Virus record (IMG/VR): IMGVR_UViG_3300044295_000294
Location: 1 to 33,222 of that record
Length of the DNA stretch: 33,222 bases
Reading direction: 5' to 3' (one strand)
From: a virus
Lineage: Duplodnaviria > Caudoviricetes
Shown here one piece after another: positions 1 through 10,056 of the stretch. A model generated the notes under the pieces. The model made no database searches and was not told where the DNA came from. It saw nothing but the letters and a program-made list of their open reading frames with translations. How positions within the stretch are numbered: position 1 is the stretch's first letter; the number at the start of each line of letters is the position of its first letter. Both the position numbers and the translations under genes were made by a program.

Positions 1-2
1 GT

Positions 3-3000
3 CAAAGAGACTTATTATATGATCATTCAACAATTTCTCCGAGAACAGGAACAACAAGCGGGCATCTTTTAGTAAGGCTTGATTATTTTGAACCAGATTT
101 TACTGTTGGTCAAGGATTCTACTCTATTGATTCTTATCCTATTGATGACGGCAATACATCAACTACAACAATCAAAACAGCAGAACTTCCAATTTATAAA
201 TCACCTGTAACCGGAAATCAATATGATCTAAGAAATTATATTGATTTTCGTTCAATAAAGACAAGAACATCTACAGATTCAATAACAGTTGCAGGTGCCA
301 CTGTTAATCCAACAACAACAAACACATATAATTATGATTCAAATGGTATGAGAATTCCGGCTGCATACTCACAAATATCTTTTGATTATGAATATTACTT
401 GGCAAGACGTGATCTCATTATTGTGTATGTAAATGGTTTGTTTGGAACAATAGAAGGCATACCTGATGAAAATCCTATAACACCATCATTATCTAAAGAC
501 ATCAAAGCAATGACTTTAGGTTCAATGTATATTTCACCTTATCCTTCAATTTCACCATTTTATGCAAATGTTATAGGAAGAAAAGATTTATCAAGCAATA
601 TAAAGAAAACTGCTGTAGTAAGATCAACAATGAAAGATATAGCAGCAATTAAACAAAGAGTAACAAACTTAGAATATTATGCATCTCTAACATTATTAGA
701 AAAAGCAGCAGTTGATCTTAAAATAACTGATGATGCTGGACTTGACAGATTTAAAAATGGTATTTTTGTTGATACCTTTACTAATCATCTTTTAGGTGCA
801 ACATATAATACAGATTATCGTATTGTTATTGATCCTGATGAAAAAAGTATTCGTCCAATCTATACAATTGAGTCTATAAATTATGATTATATTTCAGGTT
901 CAAATGTTATTAAAACCGGAGACTTGATTACACTAAATTATACAGAAGTTCAATATATGAATCTTTCTTCTGTAACTACAAACAGAAATACTGAAAGAAC
1001 AACATTTAGATTTGCTGGGCAAATGACAGTATTTCCAGAAACAGATGTTTGGGTTGACACACAAACAACTCCTGATAATGCTGTAACTTTTCCTGTTGAT
1101 TTTACTGGTGTTCCTAACAGTGTTCCTTTTGATGAAAATGCTGCTGGTATAACAACAACATGGAATGCTTGGCAAAGACATGTCACTGGATATAAAGTTT
1201 ATCGTGGTACAGGAACAAATCAAAGTGAATTGGTTGGCACATATGCTACATTAGATGCAGCAAATGCAATAGCACAGTCACAAACGCCAGGAAGTGCAGT
1301 AACGATAGAAACACTGTTTAATGATGTAAGAACCGGTGTACAGAATTATAATGCTACGGATACAGATACTGTTTCTTTTGGTGAATCTGTAATTGACGTT
1401 AGTTTAATTCCTTACATTCGTCCACAAGATTTACATATTAAAGTTGAGGGTCTAAAACCATTTGCTCAACATTGGATATTTTTTGATGATAAAGGTATGT
1501 CGAAATGGACAACACCTCTTTCAAAAAATGAATATGAATTATTGACAAGTAAGGTAACATTTGCTCCAGATACAATTTTAGATTCTGGTGCAGTTGCAAC
1601 AGGAACATTTTTTATATTAACAGCAGCTAAAGAGGGAGATCCAATTTATGCAAATGCTGACGGTAACATATATCTTAAACTAAGATTACCAGAAGGAACA
1701 GAAAGAAGATTTACGGCCGGTAATAAGAGAATATTTATTACTGACACATTAACAGGTGATAATGATGCTGACAATACATCTTTTTCTACTGGATACTTTT
1801 TTGCTGAAGGTATTACACAAATAAAACAAGAAACAACGTTGTCCACTAGAACACAAATAAGTAATTCTAGAAGAATATCACAAACAATTCCTGGCAGTTC
1901 AACACAGACAACAACTATACCAATACCACCACCTCTTACACCAGAAACACTCCGATGTGAGCCCGGCTTTGCGGCGGGCGTAGCGTGGTCTGTTGACAGT
2001 TATAAACTAGGTTGTGTGCAAGTTTTACAATGTTTAGCATATGCATTTAAGATTGATGCACCAGGATCAGACGAAGGACTTTTTGTTACTTCTGTTGATA
2101 TTTTCTGTCAAGCAAAACATCCTACTTTAGGTGTTTGGTTTGAAATTCTTGAAACAAATTCAGCAGGTCAAGTTATTAATAATAGAGTACCATTCAGTGA
2201 TGTATATTTGAATAATTCTGATGTACCAATTTCAACTAATGGTGTTAATAATCCACTTAATGTTAAATTTAGATCGCCGGTATTTTTACAAAAAGACAAA
2301 TATTATGCATTTGTAATACATCCTACTGGTGGAAATGCAAACTATTATTTCTGGTCAGGAAGAATAGGTGAAACTGATATCAATACAGGTAAACAAGTTA
2401 CATCTCGTTCTTATACTGGTCGTATGTTTACAACAAACAATGGCCTTATATGGGACGTTGTACCAGATATTGATTTAACAATGAAAGTTTATAGAGCATC
2501 TTTTGATGCTTCCACTGATGGTATATTTACAATTGGCAACGAAGCAAAAGAAAAGTTTATTCTTGCAAATACATCAACATCAATTACAAACTACGGACAA
2601 AATTTTGTTACATCCGATAAGATTACATTGCAAAGAAACACAGGTGTAGTAAATGTTGGTGATTATATTGTTGGTTTAACTTCTGGAGTGAATGCTTCTG
2701 TTATTAGTATTGGTTCTAGCGGAACATACTGTAATGTTAATAATGTTGGATTTAGAGTAGGAGAATATATAAATGTTCTAAATTCTACTGGTATTCTACA
2801 ATCAACAAATGCTAATGTTGTTTCTTTTTCGACAAGATCATCTGCTAAGTTACAAAAAGCAACATCAAATGCAACAGAAACAAGAACTATTTTTACAAAT
2901 TCAACAGGATTATTTTCTGCTAATGCTAAAATCATATCAGAAACAGGAATAAAAGCTAATATTGAACGTATAGAAAAATTTCGTTATTCTGTTGTTGATT

Positions 3001-3746
3001 TTGAACCAACGTTTTTGGATTTTAGAAATACTTCCGTTAACTTCAAAATGAAGACATATTCAAATACAGGCACAGAAGGTTCTTTTGTTGATATAAATCC
3101 TAATGATAATTATTATTTTTCTGATGAAAGAGCAGTATTTTCAAGATCAACAGAAAGATCAACATATTCAAATAACAGAACAAACCAAGTTCAAGTAACT
3201 CTAAGTTCTACATCCGATTATGTTTCTCCTGTATTTGATTTAGCTAAGACACAAACATTATTGATTGATAATATTGTTAATTCAAATACATACAATGAAA
3301 CAAAAGCATCTGGTGGTAATTTATATAACAAGTATATTTCTAAAACAATTACTCTTGCTGAAGGACAAGATGCTGAAGATATGCAAGTTATTCTAACAAC
3401 ATATCGTCCACCAAATACTGATGTAAAAGTGTGGATTCGTCTACTTAATGCCGAAGATACTGGTACAGCATTTGCACAGAGAACATGGACTGAAATGGAA
3501 AAAGCAAATGATGGTGATATTGCATATTCATCACAATCAAATAAAAATGATTTTATTGAATATACATATAAATTTCCAACAGCGAATTTATCAGGACCAA
3601 ACGGTGAAGTACAATATATAGGGAATGATGGTGTAACCAAGTACACTGGATATAAATATTTTGCTGTTAAGATAGGACTATCATCAGACGATTCTGCTAT
3701 TATTCCAAGAGTTGCAGACCTAAGAGTAATAGCATTGCAGATGTAA
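3..3746 (+). CDS. Large virion structural protein, VrlC/DUF4815-like (5'-truncated; begins upstream of the window)
   Basis: The frame of ORF 348..3746 is open back to position 3 (QRDLLYDHSTISP...YDLRNYIDFR), so ATG348 is internal. Motifs YYLARRD, RVTNLEYYASLTLLE, DRFKNGIFVDTF, LFVTSVDIF and the C-terminal FAVKIGL...PRVADLRVIAL match the VrlC-like baseplate-region proteins of T4-like phages. Confidence 0.8.
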   Translation, partial: QRDLLYDHSTISPRTGTTSGHLLVRLDYFEPDFTVGQGFYSIDSYPIDDGNTSTTTIKTAELPIYKSPVTGNQYDLRNYIDFRSIKTRTSTDSITVAGATVNPTTTNTYNYDSNGMRIPAAYSQISFDYEYYLARRDLIIVYVNGLFGTIEGIPDENPITPSLSKDIKAMTLGSMYISPYPSISPFYANVIGRKDLSSNIKKTAVVRSTMKDIAAIKQRVTNLEYYASLTLLEKAAVDLKITDDAGLDRFKNGIFVDTFTNHLLGATYNTDYRIVIDPDEKSIRPIYTIESINYDYISGSNVIKTGDLITLNYTEVQYMNLSSVTTNRNTERTTFRFAGQMTVFPETDVWVDTQTTPDNAVTFPVDFTGVPNSVPFDENAAGITTTWNAWQRHVTGYKVYRGTGTNQSELVGTYATLDAANAIAQSQTPGSAVTIETLFNDVRTGVQNYNATDTDTVSFGESVIDVSLIPYIRPQDLHIKVEGLKPFAQHWIFFDDKGMSKWTTPLSKNEYELLTSKVTFAPDTILDSGAVATGTFFILTAAKEGDPIYANADGNIYLKLRLPEGTERRFTAGNKRIFITDTLTGDNDADNTSFSTGYFFAEGITQIKQETTLSTRTQISNSRRISQTIPGSSTQTTTIPIPPPLTPETLRCEPGFAAGVAWSVDSYKLGCVQVLQCLAYAFKIDAPGSDEGLFVTSVDIFCQAKHPTLGVWFEILETNSAGQVINNRVPFSDVYLNNSDVPISTNGVNNPLNVKFRSPVFLQKDKYYAFVIHPTGGNANYYFWSGRIGETDINTGKQVTSRSYTGRMFTTNNGLIWDVVPDIDLTMKVYRASFDASTDGIFTIGNEAKEKFILANTSTSITNYGQNFVTSDKITLQRNTGVVNVGDYIVGLTSGVNASVISIGSSGTYCNVNNVGFRVGEYINVLNSTGILQSTNANVVSFSTRSSAKLQKATSNATETRTIFTNSTGLFSANAKIISETGIKANIERIEKFRYSVVDFEPTFLDFRNTSVNFKMKTYSNTGTEGSFVDINPNDNYYFSDERAVFSRSTERSTYSNNRTNQVQVTLSSTSDYVSPVFDLAKTQTLLIDNIVNSNTYNETKASGGNLYNKYISKTITLAEGQDAEDMQVILTTYRPPNTDVKVWIRLLNAEDTGTAFAQRTWTEMEKANDGDIAYSSQSNKNDFIEYTYKFPTANLSGPNGEVQYIGNDGVTKYTGYKYFAVKIGLSSDDSAIIPRVADLRVIALQM

Positions 3747-3747
3747 T

Positions 3748-3951
3748 ATGACACAAAAAACAGCAATACCAGGAATATATAAAGTTACTGAGGGCATTCT
3801 TATTAATAAAGATAATGATGCTCTCAAAGCATACAAAGCCCGTAAAAATAAAGATAGACAAATAGAAAAGATACAAGTAGAAATTTATGAAGTCAAAAAA
3901 GATATTAATGACATTAAAAACTTAATGCTTGAACTATTGAGAAAAAAATGA
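3748..3951 (+). CDS. Small coiled-coil hypothetical protein of the type usually following the VrlC-like gene
   Basis: 67-aa ORF 1 nt after the upstream stop; GILINKD...YK.RK motif and a heptad C-terminus (VKKDINDIKNLMLELL). Confidence 0.7.
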   Translation: MTQKTAIPGIYKVTEGILINKDNDALKAYKARKNKDRQIEKIQVEIYEVKKDINDIKNLMLELLRKK

Positions 3952-4970
3952 ATATACATTTTTATGATGAAAACGGTGGTATCTATCTTAATCATATAGA
4001 TGCAATCAAAAGTGATAAAAAATGCAGTTTATATTATCATGATTATTTTTATGATAAAGTAAACTGGAAAGTTGAACCTGTTCTATCTTTAAATCATCTT
4101 TATAAATTACGTGCACAAGAAATAAGAGACAAATATGAATATGTAATACTATTTTTATCTGGTGGTATTGATTCTAGAAATGTTTTTGAATCATTTTATA
4201 ATAATGATATTCATATTGATGAAATAGTTTGTGTTGGTGCGTTTTCACAAGATGTTTTTAGAGGTTCCACTAAAAATAATAATGATGAAATTTTTGAAAA
4301 TACAAATACATTACTAGATAGTGTATTTCTTCCAAACACTAAGATAACATATATTGATTATACAAAATTATTTACACAACCATACGAATTTGAAATTATT
4401 AAAAAATTTGGTGACAGTTGGGCATATCATTTGTCGTACTTCAAAAGTTTTCATTTGTTTTTTTGGTATGAATTACAAAAACATTTGAATATTGATAATA
4501 GTAAAAAAACATGTTATGTATTGGGTGTTGCTAAAACTTTGTTAGGAATTATGAATGAAAGATTTTTTACATATTTTTCTGAAACTGATGTTACAGATTT
4601 TGCATCATGTTATAAAATGAACAATTTGACTAGAGAAAATTTTTATTTTGCACCAACAGAAATTGGAGCAGATATTGTCAAAAAACAAGCATATTTGATG
4701 GCCAATTTATGTAACATTAGTTCAGATAAGAAATACTTTTTAAATAACTATGTTAATATCTATAACAAACATGTTTATAATTTAAAATATCCTTTAGTAA
4801 AAGAAACAAGAAAAACTGGTTGCGCATTTTTCAGTCATAGAGATACATATATGCAAAATCACACAAACAGTGAAATATATCAAATATGGTATGCAGGATT
4901 ACAAAAATTATCATCTGATGTTGGTCTACATTACATGTCGCATATTTCTAAGAAATATTTCATAACATAA
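3948..4970 (+). CDS. PP-loop / adenine nucleotide alpha-hydrolase superfamily protein (asparagine-synthetase/QueC-like fold), paralog 1
   Basis: YVILFLSGGIDS PP-loop motif; ATGA overlap with the upstream gene. Substrate unknown. Confidence 0.7.
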   Translation: MNIHFYDENGGIYLNHIDAIKSDKKCSLYYHDYFYDKVNWKVEPVLSLNHLYKLRAQEIRDKYEYVILFLSGGIDSRNVFESFYNNDIHIDEIVCVGAFSQDVFRGSTKNNNDEIFENTNTLLDSVFLPNTKITYIDYTKLFTQPYEFEIIKKFGDSWAYHLSYFKSFHLFFWYELQKHLNIDNSKKTCYVLGVAKTLLGIMNERFFTYFSETDVTDFASCYKMNNLTRENFYFAPTEIGADIVKKQAYLMANLCNISSDKKYFLNNYVNIYNKHVYNLKYPLVKETRKTGCAFFSHRDTYMQNHTNSEIYQIWYAGLQKLSSDVGLHYMSHISKKYFIT

Positions 4971-4979
4971 ATATAAATA
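4966..4979 (+). promoter_or_regulatory. T4-type late promoter (overlapping CATAAATA 4966-4973 and TATAAATA 4972-4979)
   Basis: Exact T4 gp55 consensus TATAAATA 27 nt upstream of ATG5007. Confidence 0.75.
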
Positions 4980-5006
4980 AGAATAAATTCAATCGGTAAA
5001 AAGAAA

Positions 5007-5345
5007 ATGGCAGCATATGTAGAACTATACTTAGATCAAGGAACAACATTTAATAACATCATCAATCTAACTGATGATGTGACCAATACTCCTATAAATG
5101 TGTCTGGTTATGTTGTCACTTCACAGATGAGAAGATCATACTATTCTGCTAATATTTCTGCAAACATAACATGTGCTCTTTCTAATGTTGCAAACGGTGA
5201 AATTACTATGTCAATGACAGCAGCAAATACATCAAACATCAAACCAGGAAGATATTTGTTTGATGTTAAAACAACCGATCCATACAATAATACATCAAGA
5301 GTTCTTGAAGGCATCATAACAGTTACACCACAAATTACAAAATAA
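5007..5345 (+). CDS. Small conserved virion structural protein (baseplate/fibre-associated, predicted all-beta)
   Basis: LDQGTTF...SQMRRSY...GRYLFDV...RVLEGIITVTPQIT pattern typical of T4-like tail-region proteins; downstream of a late promoter. Confidence 0.7.
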   Translation: MAAYVELYLDQGTTFNNIINLTDDVTNTPINVSGYVVTSQMRRSYYSANISANITCALSNVANGEITMSMTAANTSNIKPGRYLFDVKTTDPYNNTSRVLEGIITVTPQITK

Positions 5346-5354
5346 AGGAATAAA

Positions 5355-5594
5355 ATGGCAGTAAAAGCCACTGTAATATCAACTTCAAAAAATAGAGTTT
5401 CAATCAATAATCCGCAAAGAGCAGAGATTAGAACAGTAGGTATTACACCATCAACAACACTTGTTAATTCGTTAAGAGGTCTTAGTGATGTAAATGCTAC
5501 AGATTTAGCAAATAACAATACCGTCGTTTATGATTCGGCAAGTGATAAGTTTGTTGTCAAAGAATTGCCAGTTCTAAACGGAGGATCTTTCTAA
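5355..5594 (+). CDS. Hypothetical tail-region protein
   Basis: 79 aa; SD AAGGA; LSDV...VVYDS motif seen in fibre-associated proteins; ends LNGGSF, like the LDGGNF end of the next gene. Confidence 0.65.
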   Translation: MAVKATVISTSKNRVSINNPQRAEIRTVGITPSTTLVNSLRGLSDVNATDLANNNTVVYDSASDKFVVKELPVLNGGSF

Positions 5595-5595
5595 A

Positions 5596-6996
5596 ATGGC
5601 AAATACACTAATTCAGATTAAAAGATCAACCACTACAGCATTACCTCCTTCTCTTTCTGCTGCTGAACCTGCATATTCTTATGCTGCTAATACACTTTTC
5701 TTAGGTACTTCAGATGGTTCTGGTGTAATACCTATTGGTGGTTATTCATATATTCAAAGCATTAATGCCACAGCATTAAGTGTAATAGCAGCGTTTGATA
5801 AAGCAAACTCTGCAAATCTTCTAGCATATAATACTGGCATTGGTGCTAATGCCTTTGCTTCTGCTACTATTGCTGGTGCTAATACTGCAGTAGGTGCTGG
5901 TGCTAATGCTTTTGCTTCTGCTACTATTGCTGGTGCTAATACTGCAGTAGGTGCTGGTGCTAATGCTTTTGCTTCTGCAACAATAGCAGGCGCTAATACT
6001 GCAGTAGGTGCTGGTGCTAACAACTATTCTAATGCAACTTTTGTAAAACTTGTAAATAACAATCAAACAATAACAGGTAATCTTGCTATTACAGGTAGTT
6101 TGACTGTTTCTGGTAATGCTTTTAGTATAGATACAGAAACTTTAAGAATTAATGATCCACTAATATATCTTGCTGGAAACAATTATGTATCCGATATAGT
6201 AGATATTGGTTTTGTAGGTAACTATGTAAATGCAACAGGATCAAATGTTCATACTGGTCTATTCAGAGATGCTACTGTTAAAGAATATTATCTTTTTCAA
6301 GGATATGATAAAGAACCAGAACCAAATCATATTGATCCATCAGGCAATAACTTTACATTAGCAGTTTTAAATGCTGCTATAAGAACGAGCAATTTAAATC
6401 TTGGTGGTCAAAATACAATTTCTTGGATAACTGCAGCATTTGATCAAGCCAATGCTGCTAACATTTTGGCATATAATACTGGTATTGGTGCTAACGCTTT
6501 TGCTGCATCCACGATTGCTGGTGCTAATACTGCTGTCGGTGCAGGTGCTAATGCTTTTGCTTCTGCAACAATAGCAGGTGCTAATACTGCAGTAGGTGCA
6601 GGTGCTAATGCTTTTGCTTCTGCTACTATTGCTGGTGCTAATACTGCAGTAGGTGCAGGTGCTAATGCATATGCTGTTCTTGTTGGATCAGCAGCAAATA
6701 CAAATGCTGCAAATGCATCTTATTTGTCTGTCGGAACAGTACCATCTGCTAGAGTGTCTGGCTCATATACTGGTATTACCGGTGTGGGCACAATTACTAC
6801 TGGTACATGGAATGGTGATGTTATTTCAGTATCATATGGTGGCACAGGTAGAACATCATTAACACAAAATGGCATACTTTTTGGCAACACTGCCGGTCCA
6901 GTTAAAATAACTTCTGCTGGCACAGAAGGCCAAGTTTTACAAGCGGATTCTTCTGGTGTCCCATTATTTGCTCATTTAGACGGTGGTAATTTTTAA
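5596..6996 (+). CDS. Tail fibre-like protein with Mtd-N-like N-terminal attachment domain and 19-aa repeats
   Basis: N-terminal IQIKRSTT...LSAAEPAYS...LFLG; two blocks of GANAFASATIAGANTAVGA repeats; DIGFVGNY..HTGLFRDA and GTWNG..I.V.YGGTG fibre motifs. Confidence 0.75.
   Translation: MANTLIQIKRSTTTALPPSLSAAEPAYSYAANTLFLGTSDGSGVIPIGGYSYIQSINATALSVIAAFDKANSANLLAYNTGIGANAFASATIAGANTAVGAGANAFASATIAGANTAVGAGANAFASATIAGANTAVGAGANNYSNATFVKLVNNNQTITGNLAITGSLTVSGNAFSIDTETLRINDPLIYLAGNNYVSDIVDIGFVGNYVNATGSNVHTGLFRDATVKEYYLFQGYDKEPEPNHIDPSGNNFTLAVLNAAIRTSNLNLGGQNTISWITAAFDQANAANILAYNTGIGANAFAASTIAGANTAVGAGANAFASATIAGANTAVGAGANAFASATIAGANTAVGAGANAYAVLVGSAANTNAANASYLSVGTVPSARVSGSYTGITGVGTITTGTWNGDVISVSYGGTGRTSLTQNGILFGNTAGPVKITSAGTEGQVLQADSSGVPLFAHLDGGNF
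5842..6020 (+). repeat. 57-bp coding tandem repeat, 3 units plus partial (block 1)
   Basis: GGTGCTAA-initiated units start at 5842, 5899, 5956 and 6013; each encodes GANAFASATIAGANTAVGA. Confidence 0.9.
6487..6668 (+). repeat. 57-bp coding tandem repeat, 3 units plus partial (block 2)
   Basis: Units start at 6487, 6544, 6601 and 6658; same 19-aa unit with synonymous variation, preceded by the same AAFD.AN.AN.LAYNTGI lead-in as block 1. Confidence 0.9.
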
Positions 6997-7011
6997 ATAA
7001 GGATAAATGAT

Positions 7012-7428
7012 ATGAGTGATAATAAATTCGTCAATTTCTATATTGAAACATGTGTTGGTACATTACAAGAAAATCTTAACAATACTTTGCAACTCAAAAC
7101 ACATTTGAAAGTTGCTAATGATTTAATAGCAGAAAAAGATGCCGCAATTGGTAATCTCATGAGAGAACTAGAAGAAAAGAAAAAAGTTGAAATACAATAT
7201 AACATACTACTTGAAAAAAGCAAAGCAATGGATGATGAATTGTTAGTTTTAAGAAATAAAGCAACCCATCTAGACACAGCATTAAAACAAGTAGCAGATA
7301 TGAAAATACTGTTACTAAGTAAAGACAAAGAACTTACTTCACTTAAAAACACAGAAGTAATTACTGATACACAAGTAAAGAAGAAGAAAAAAGAAGTAGA
7401 ACTAGAACCAGCGGTAAATGATTTCTAA
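7012..7428 (+). CDS. Coiled-coil hypothetical protein
   Basis: 138 aa, L/E/K-rich heptads; SD AAGGA; TAATG overlap with the next gene. Confidence 0.7.
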   Translation: MSDNKFVNFYIETCVGTLQENLNNTLQLKTHLKVANDLIAEKDAAIGNLMRELEEKKKVEIQYNILLEKSKAMDDELLVLRNKATHLDTALKQVADMKILLLSKDKELTSLKNTEVITDTQVKKKKKEVELEPAVNDF

Positions 7429-8075
7429 TGCCTAATACAGTAATTGCAATTAAAAAATCAGCAACACCTGCAGCACAACCAACAGTGTTGGCTAATGGCG
7501 AATTGGCTATAAACTATGCTGATGGCAAACTGTTCTATAAACATGCTAATGGTACAATTTTACCATTCAATACACAGGGGGGTAATGCTTTTGGTACAAT
7601 TAATGCTAATGGTACATTAGTTGTAGCAGGAACATCACAAGATGTTGTTACTTTAGTTGCTGGTAATAACATTACAATTATTGGTGATGCTATCAATGAT
7701 ACGATTACGATTAATGCAACAAGTGATAGTAATGTTGCTATAGGTGCATTTGATAAAGCAAATACTTTTAACAATGTTTATACAACAATAGCAGGTGCTA
7801 ATGCTGCTGTTGGTGCAGGTGCTAATTCTGTTGCTGTTGCAGCATTTGATAAAGCCAATACTATTAGTGGAGGCAGTGGAGGATATTACTCTGGTAATCA
7901 GGGAATTAAAGCACCGGATAACTATGGTGATATCTTTAGAATTCATGCCAACACACTTTCACAAAATGTCACAATACTTTCTGGCAATAATGCAATTGCT
8001 GTAGGACCAATCACAATTACGGGCAATAACACAACACTTACAATACAAACAGGATCAAGGGTGGTAATTATCTAA
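7428..8075 (+). CDS. Tail fibre-associated protein with Mtd-N-like N-terminus
   Basis: IAIKKS...LANGELAINYADGKLFYK; one copy of the AGANAAVGAGAN repeat; C-terminal N.I.GPITI...TLTI..GSR.VII beta domain. Confidence 0.7.
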   Translation: MPNTVIAIKKSATPAAQPTVLANGELAINYADGKLFYKHANGTILPFNTQGGNAFGTINANGTLVVAGTSQDVVTLVAGNNITIIGDAINDTITINATSDSNVAIGAFDKANTFNNVYTTIAGANAAVGAGANSVAVAAFDKANTISGGSGGYYSGNQGIKAPDNYGDIFRIHANTLSQNVTILSGNNAIAVGPITITGNNTTLTIQTGSRVVII

Positions 8076-8285
8076 ATGTCTACAATTATTGTTTCTGCTG
8101 TTAGTTCAACTGATAGTTCTACTCCGCTCCTGATAAATAGTGGAAACACACAGGCGGGTTCTATTAAAGTTGAATCAGCAAACACAAATATTGTTGTTAA
8201 TGGTGATATCAAATCAAATTCAATTTCAGGCAATGCAACAGGAACACTATTAACTAATATTATAACTTACAGCTTGGCATTCTAG
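8076..8285 (+). CDS. Small hypothetical tail-region protein
   Basis: 69-aa ORF abutting both neighbours; S/T/N-rich like the adjacent fibre proteins. Confidence 0.6.
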   Translation: MSTIIVSAVSSTDSSTPLLINSGNTQAGSIKVESANTNIVVNGDIKSNSISGNATGTLLTNIITYSLAF

Positions 8286-8292
8286 GAAAACC

Positions 8293-8739
8293 ATGAAAAC
8301 ACTATTAGATTTCAAACCACTATTTGATCCGACAACAAAGACACTGGACTTTAGTCTTTTACCTGATTTTGGTATCAATAAATTGTTTGCTGTTATAAAT
8401 GTTACAAGAAACACACCATTGTATATCCCGGGTGCTTCTGGTTTTGGTATAACATCTTCCACAAATTCTGTATTAACTTTATCTTGTGATACAACAGGAC
8501 ATTCTTCATCAGATATACTAAATGTTTACTATAGTATTGAAGCTCCTATGGATAATAGACCCGTTGAAAAAGGAGGCAATCTTCAAGAAATAAGTGAAAC
8601 ATTACAGCAAATACTAACAGAACTTCAAGTGCATAGTATAATTTTTCTGGATCATTTTCATAGAAACAGTCTTACTGTCAATGATCTACAAAAAATAAGA
8701 GAAGACATAAATAATATTGATGTCATTACAAATGATTAA
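8293..8739 (+). CDS. Hypothetical protein (putative virion component)
   Basis: 148 aa; SD AGGA; FDP.TKT.DF...AVINVTRN..LY motif; in operon with fibre genes. Confidence 0.65.
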   Translation: MKTLLDFKPLFDPTTKTLDFSLLPDFGINKLFAVINVTRNTPLYIPGASGFGITSSTNSVLTLSCDTTGHSSSDILNVYYSIEAPMDNRPVEKGGNLQEISETLQQILTELQVHSIIFLDHFHRNSLTVNDLQKIREDINNIDVITND

Positions 8740-8749
8740 GGAGAACTAA

Positions 8750-9385
8750 ATGTTAATTCAAGGACAAGTAGGACAACCAGCAGTTCGTTCAATCTCAGCA
8801 GGTGCTAATCCTGTAATTAGACAAGGACAACAAAGTGATTTGATTGTCTCAGAACTTCATGGTCGTTACTATGAACAAACATATAACAGAAGCATGTTTA
8901 CTGCTACACTAACAGCAGGTACTACAACTTCTGCTGCACTATCAACAACTTTTACTGGTCTGTTGCTACTTAATCCTAACAACAGCCTAGTCAACTTTGT
9001 AATCAATAAAGTAGGTATTTCTTTTCTTGTAGCATTTGCTGCAGCATCAGCAATTGGTATTCAAGTTGGTAACCAATCAACGGCTGCTCTCTCTGGTCTA
9101 ACTACAACAAACACACAGACAAGAAATAACTTTTTAGGTGCACCAAACTCAACAGTTGGTCTTACATACTCAGCCGCAACAACAACTGCTCCTGCTTTAT
9201 TGCAATTGTTTGGTGCTGGTCTTACTGGTGCTATTACTACTGTTCCACAAATTCCGGGTTTCTTCATTGATCTTGAAGGATCAGTTATTGTCCCTCCAGG
9301 AGCATGGATTGGTACATATACATCAACAGCATCTGGTGCATCAGGTATGCTAGCATCATTTGCATATGAAGAAGTTCCAATCTAA
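8750..9385 (+). CDS. Hypothetical virion structural protein (predicted beta-sandwich)
   Basis: 211 aa; strong SD AAGGAG; structural-gene-like codon use; VSELHGRYYE, L.NP..S.VN and DLEGS.IVPPG motifs. Confidence 0.7.
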   Translation: MLIQGQVGQPAVRSISAGANPVIRQGQQSDLIVSELHGRYYEQTYNRSMFTATLTAGTTTSAALSTTFTGLLLLNPNNSLVNFVINKVGISFLVAFAAASAIGIQVGNQSTAALSGLTTTNTQTRNNFLGAPNSTVGLTYSAATTTAPALLQLFGAGLTGAITTVPQIPGFFIDLEGSVIVPPGAWIGTYTSTASGASGMLASFAYEEVPI

Positions 9386-9404
9386 TATCGGATAAATCTT
9401 CATA

Positions 9405-10028
9405 ATGTCTATTATTAAAGTAGCAAATGTTCATTTTGAAACAACTGGTACAAACCGTATTGATTACGATTCAAACGGTTTTACCAGATTGATTTCTGGA
9501 GGAACAGGTGGTATTGTTATTAATACGGGTAGTACTGATAAGATTAATATTGGTTCATCAAATGTTGTTATTAGTGCTAATATTACATTAGGAACAACAA
9601 CAAACACAACAATCAATGTTTCTTCTAATATCTTCTTCTATCAAAGTATTGCAATTGGTGGCACAACAGCACCAAGAGCAAATTTAGATGTCAGAGGAAC
9701 ATTTACAGTAGCATCAGCAAATGTATTGTCGCAAACATTAACTGATGCAGCTAACATTGATTGGAATACTGCGTTAGGTCAAATTGCAACAGTATCTATA
9801 AGCGGAAACAGAATATTCAATGCTCCTACAAATATTAAAATAGGCACATACATATTATATGTAAATCAAGATGCTGTTGGTGGCAGAACGTTAACATGGA
9901 ATTCAATATTCAAATGGCCTGGAGGCGCAGCACCAGTATTAACAACAGCAGCAAACAGTAAAGATGTTTTTTCGTTTGTATCAGATGGTACTAATCTTTA
10001 TGGATCGTATGTGCCTGATGTTAGATAA
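9405..10028 (+). CDS. Tail fibre distal-type protein; C-terminal domain paralogous to that of 10057..10962
   Basis: IAIGGTTAPRANLDVRG fibre motif; C-terminal QD..GGRTLTWNS.FKWP.G.APVLTT.AN..D.FSFV.DGTNLYGS..PDVR. Confidence 0.7.
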   Translation: MSIIKVANVHFETTGTNRIDYDSNGFTRLISGGTGGIVINTGSTDKINIGSSNVVISANITLGTTTNTTINVSSNIFFYQSIAIGGTTAPRANLDVRGTFTVASANVLSQTLTDAANIDWNTALGQIATVSISGNRIFNAPTNIKIGTYILYVNQDAVGGRTLTWNSIFKWPGGAAPVLTTAANSKDVFSFVSDGTNLYGSYVPDVR

Positions 10029-10031
10029 ATA
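10024..10031 (+). promoter_or_regulatory. Late promoter variant GATAAATA
   Basis: NATAAATA overlapping the stop of 9405..10028, 25 nt before ATG10057. Confidence 0.5.
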
Positions 10032-10056
10032 TATAAAAATGTTTTAAGGATATTCT

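Noticed and set aside
3948-4970. Calling the PP-loop proteins QueC (7-deazaguanine DNA modification) or a lasso-peptide cyclase
   Set aside because: No QueC C-terminal Cys zinc cluster and no queD/queE/folE/dpdA nearby; no lasso precursor with a leader motif, peptidase or RRE. Only the superfamily call is supported.
5842-6668. CRISPR array suggested by regular 57-bp periodicity
   Set aside because: Units are contiguous in-frame coding repeats with synonymous variation and no unique spacers; no cas genes.
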